Assembly: GCF_018350175.1 (NCBI RefSeq)
Contig: NC_058368.1
Span: 183,026,001 to 183,090,000 of the forward strand
DNA: 64,000 bases
Direction: 5' to 3'
Origin: Felis catus
Taxonomy: Eukaryota
Shown: in pieces, positions 63,514 to 64,000 of the stretch
How positions within the stretch are numbered: position 1 is the first letter of the stretch
How the letters are laid out: each line of letters starts with the position of its first letter
The notes under the pieces: generated by a model
Database searches by the model: none
What the model was told of the DNA's origin: nothing
The model's input: the letters and a program-made list of their open reading frames with translations, nothing else
Program-made: the position numbers and the translations under genes

Positions 63514-63815
63514 CTGTTGGGCATAGTTTTAGGAGTGGATGTGTAGAACCATAGAGTATGGCTATGATCAGCTTTACTAAATACTGCTAACAAGTTTTCA
63601 AAGTGTTTTTCACCAATTTATACTACCACCAGCAGGATTCTTGTTTCTTTACATCCTCGTCAAAATTTGACATTTATTTTTTGTCTTTTTTATTCTTTTT
63701 TATTTTATCTCAGTTTAGTTTAGTTCAGCCATTCTAAGGGGCATGTAGAGGTATTTGTTTTGTTTTGTTTTAATTAGCATATTTTTTATGATTAGAGAAG
63801 TGGGATTATATGTGA
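63080..63815 (-). mobile_element. L1M (MD/ME-like) 3' region containing (TA)n at 63467-63510
   Basis: tagttttacctgttttcaaatttcatacaaatggaa; ttctactgttgatgaacatttgggtagtttccagttt; caccaatttatactaccaccagcag. Confidence 0.8.
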
Positions 63816-64000
63816 TTTCAATTTTCTTCCTTATACTGTTTTGTAATTTTAAATATCTCTATGAACAAATATAAATCCAAAACCAAATGAAAATTTCTAA
63901 ACAAATGTGCATGTATTGCTTTGTACCATATCATTTTTCTAAAATCAACTGTTGGTTTTATATTTTATCTCAGAAATAAGATTACAACTTCAAAAACAAG

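Noticed and set aside
1..64000. Protein-coding genes from the ORF track, or a novel multi-gene system
   Set aside because: All ORFs are 130 aa or shorter; those I can assign are L1 ORF1/ORF2 fragments, SINE read-through or microsatellite translations, and no consistent exon chain is visible.

Overview
AT-rich, CpG-poor mammalian genomic DNA, almost certainly from a cat-family (Felidae) genome. It carries about 24 tRNA-derived CanSINEs, several of the felid SINEC_Fc type, and a felid-type L1 3' terminus. I could not support any protein-coding exon, RNA gene, CpG island or CRISPR array, so the window reads as intronic or intergenic. Every ORF in the track that I can assign comes from decayed L1, SINE or microsatellite sequence; the rest look like chance ORFs. 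Much of the window is transposable-element debris: L1/HAL1 of several ages, L2, an L3/CR1, MIRs, MaLR/ERVL LTRs and a Tigger1-derived MITE. Repeat family names are from memory of consensus sequences, not from a search, and old-repeat boundaries are approximate. I found no convincing undescribed biological system. The best leads are: a strong CTCF motif (49764-49782) beside a repeat-free enhancer-like block (about 50.6-51.5 kb); an unexplained 1.5 kb segment that might be a decayed retrocopy (about 35.74-37.26 kb); a 110 bp templated duplication in the L3; a perfect 30 bp-arm AT-rich palindrome; and several unusual L1 structures.
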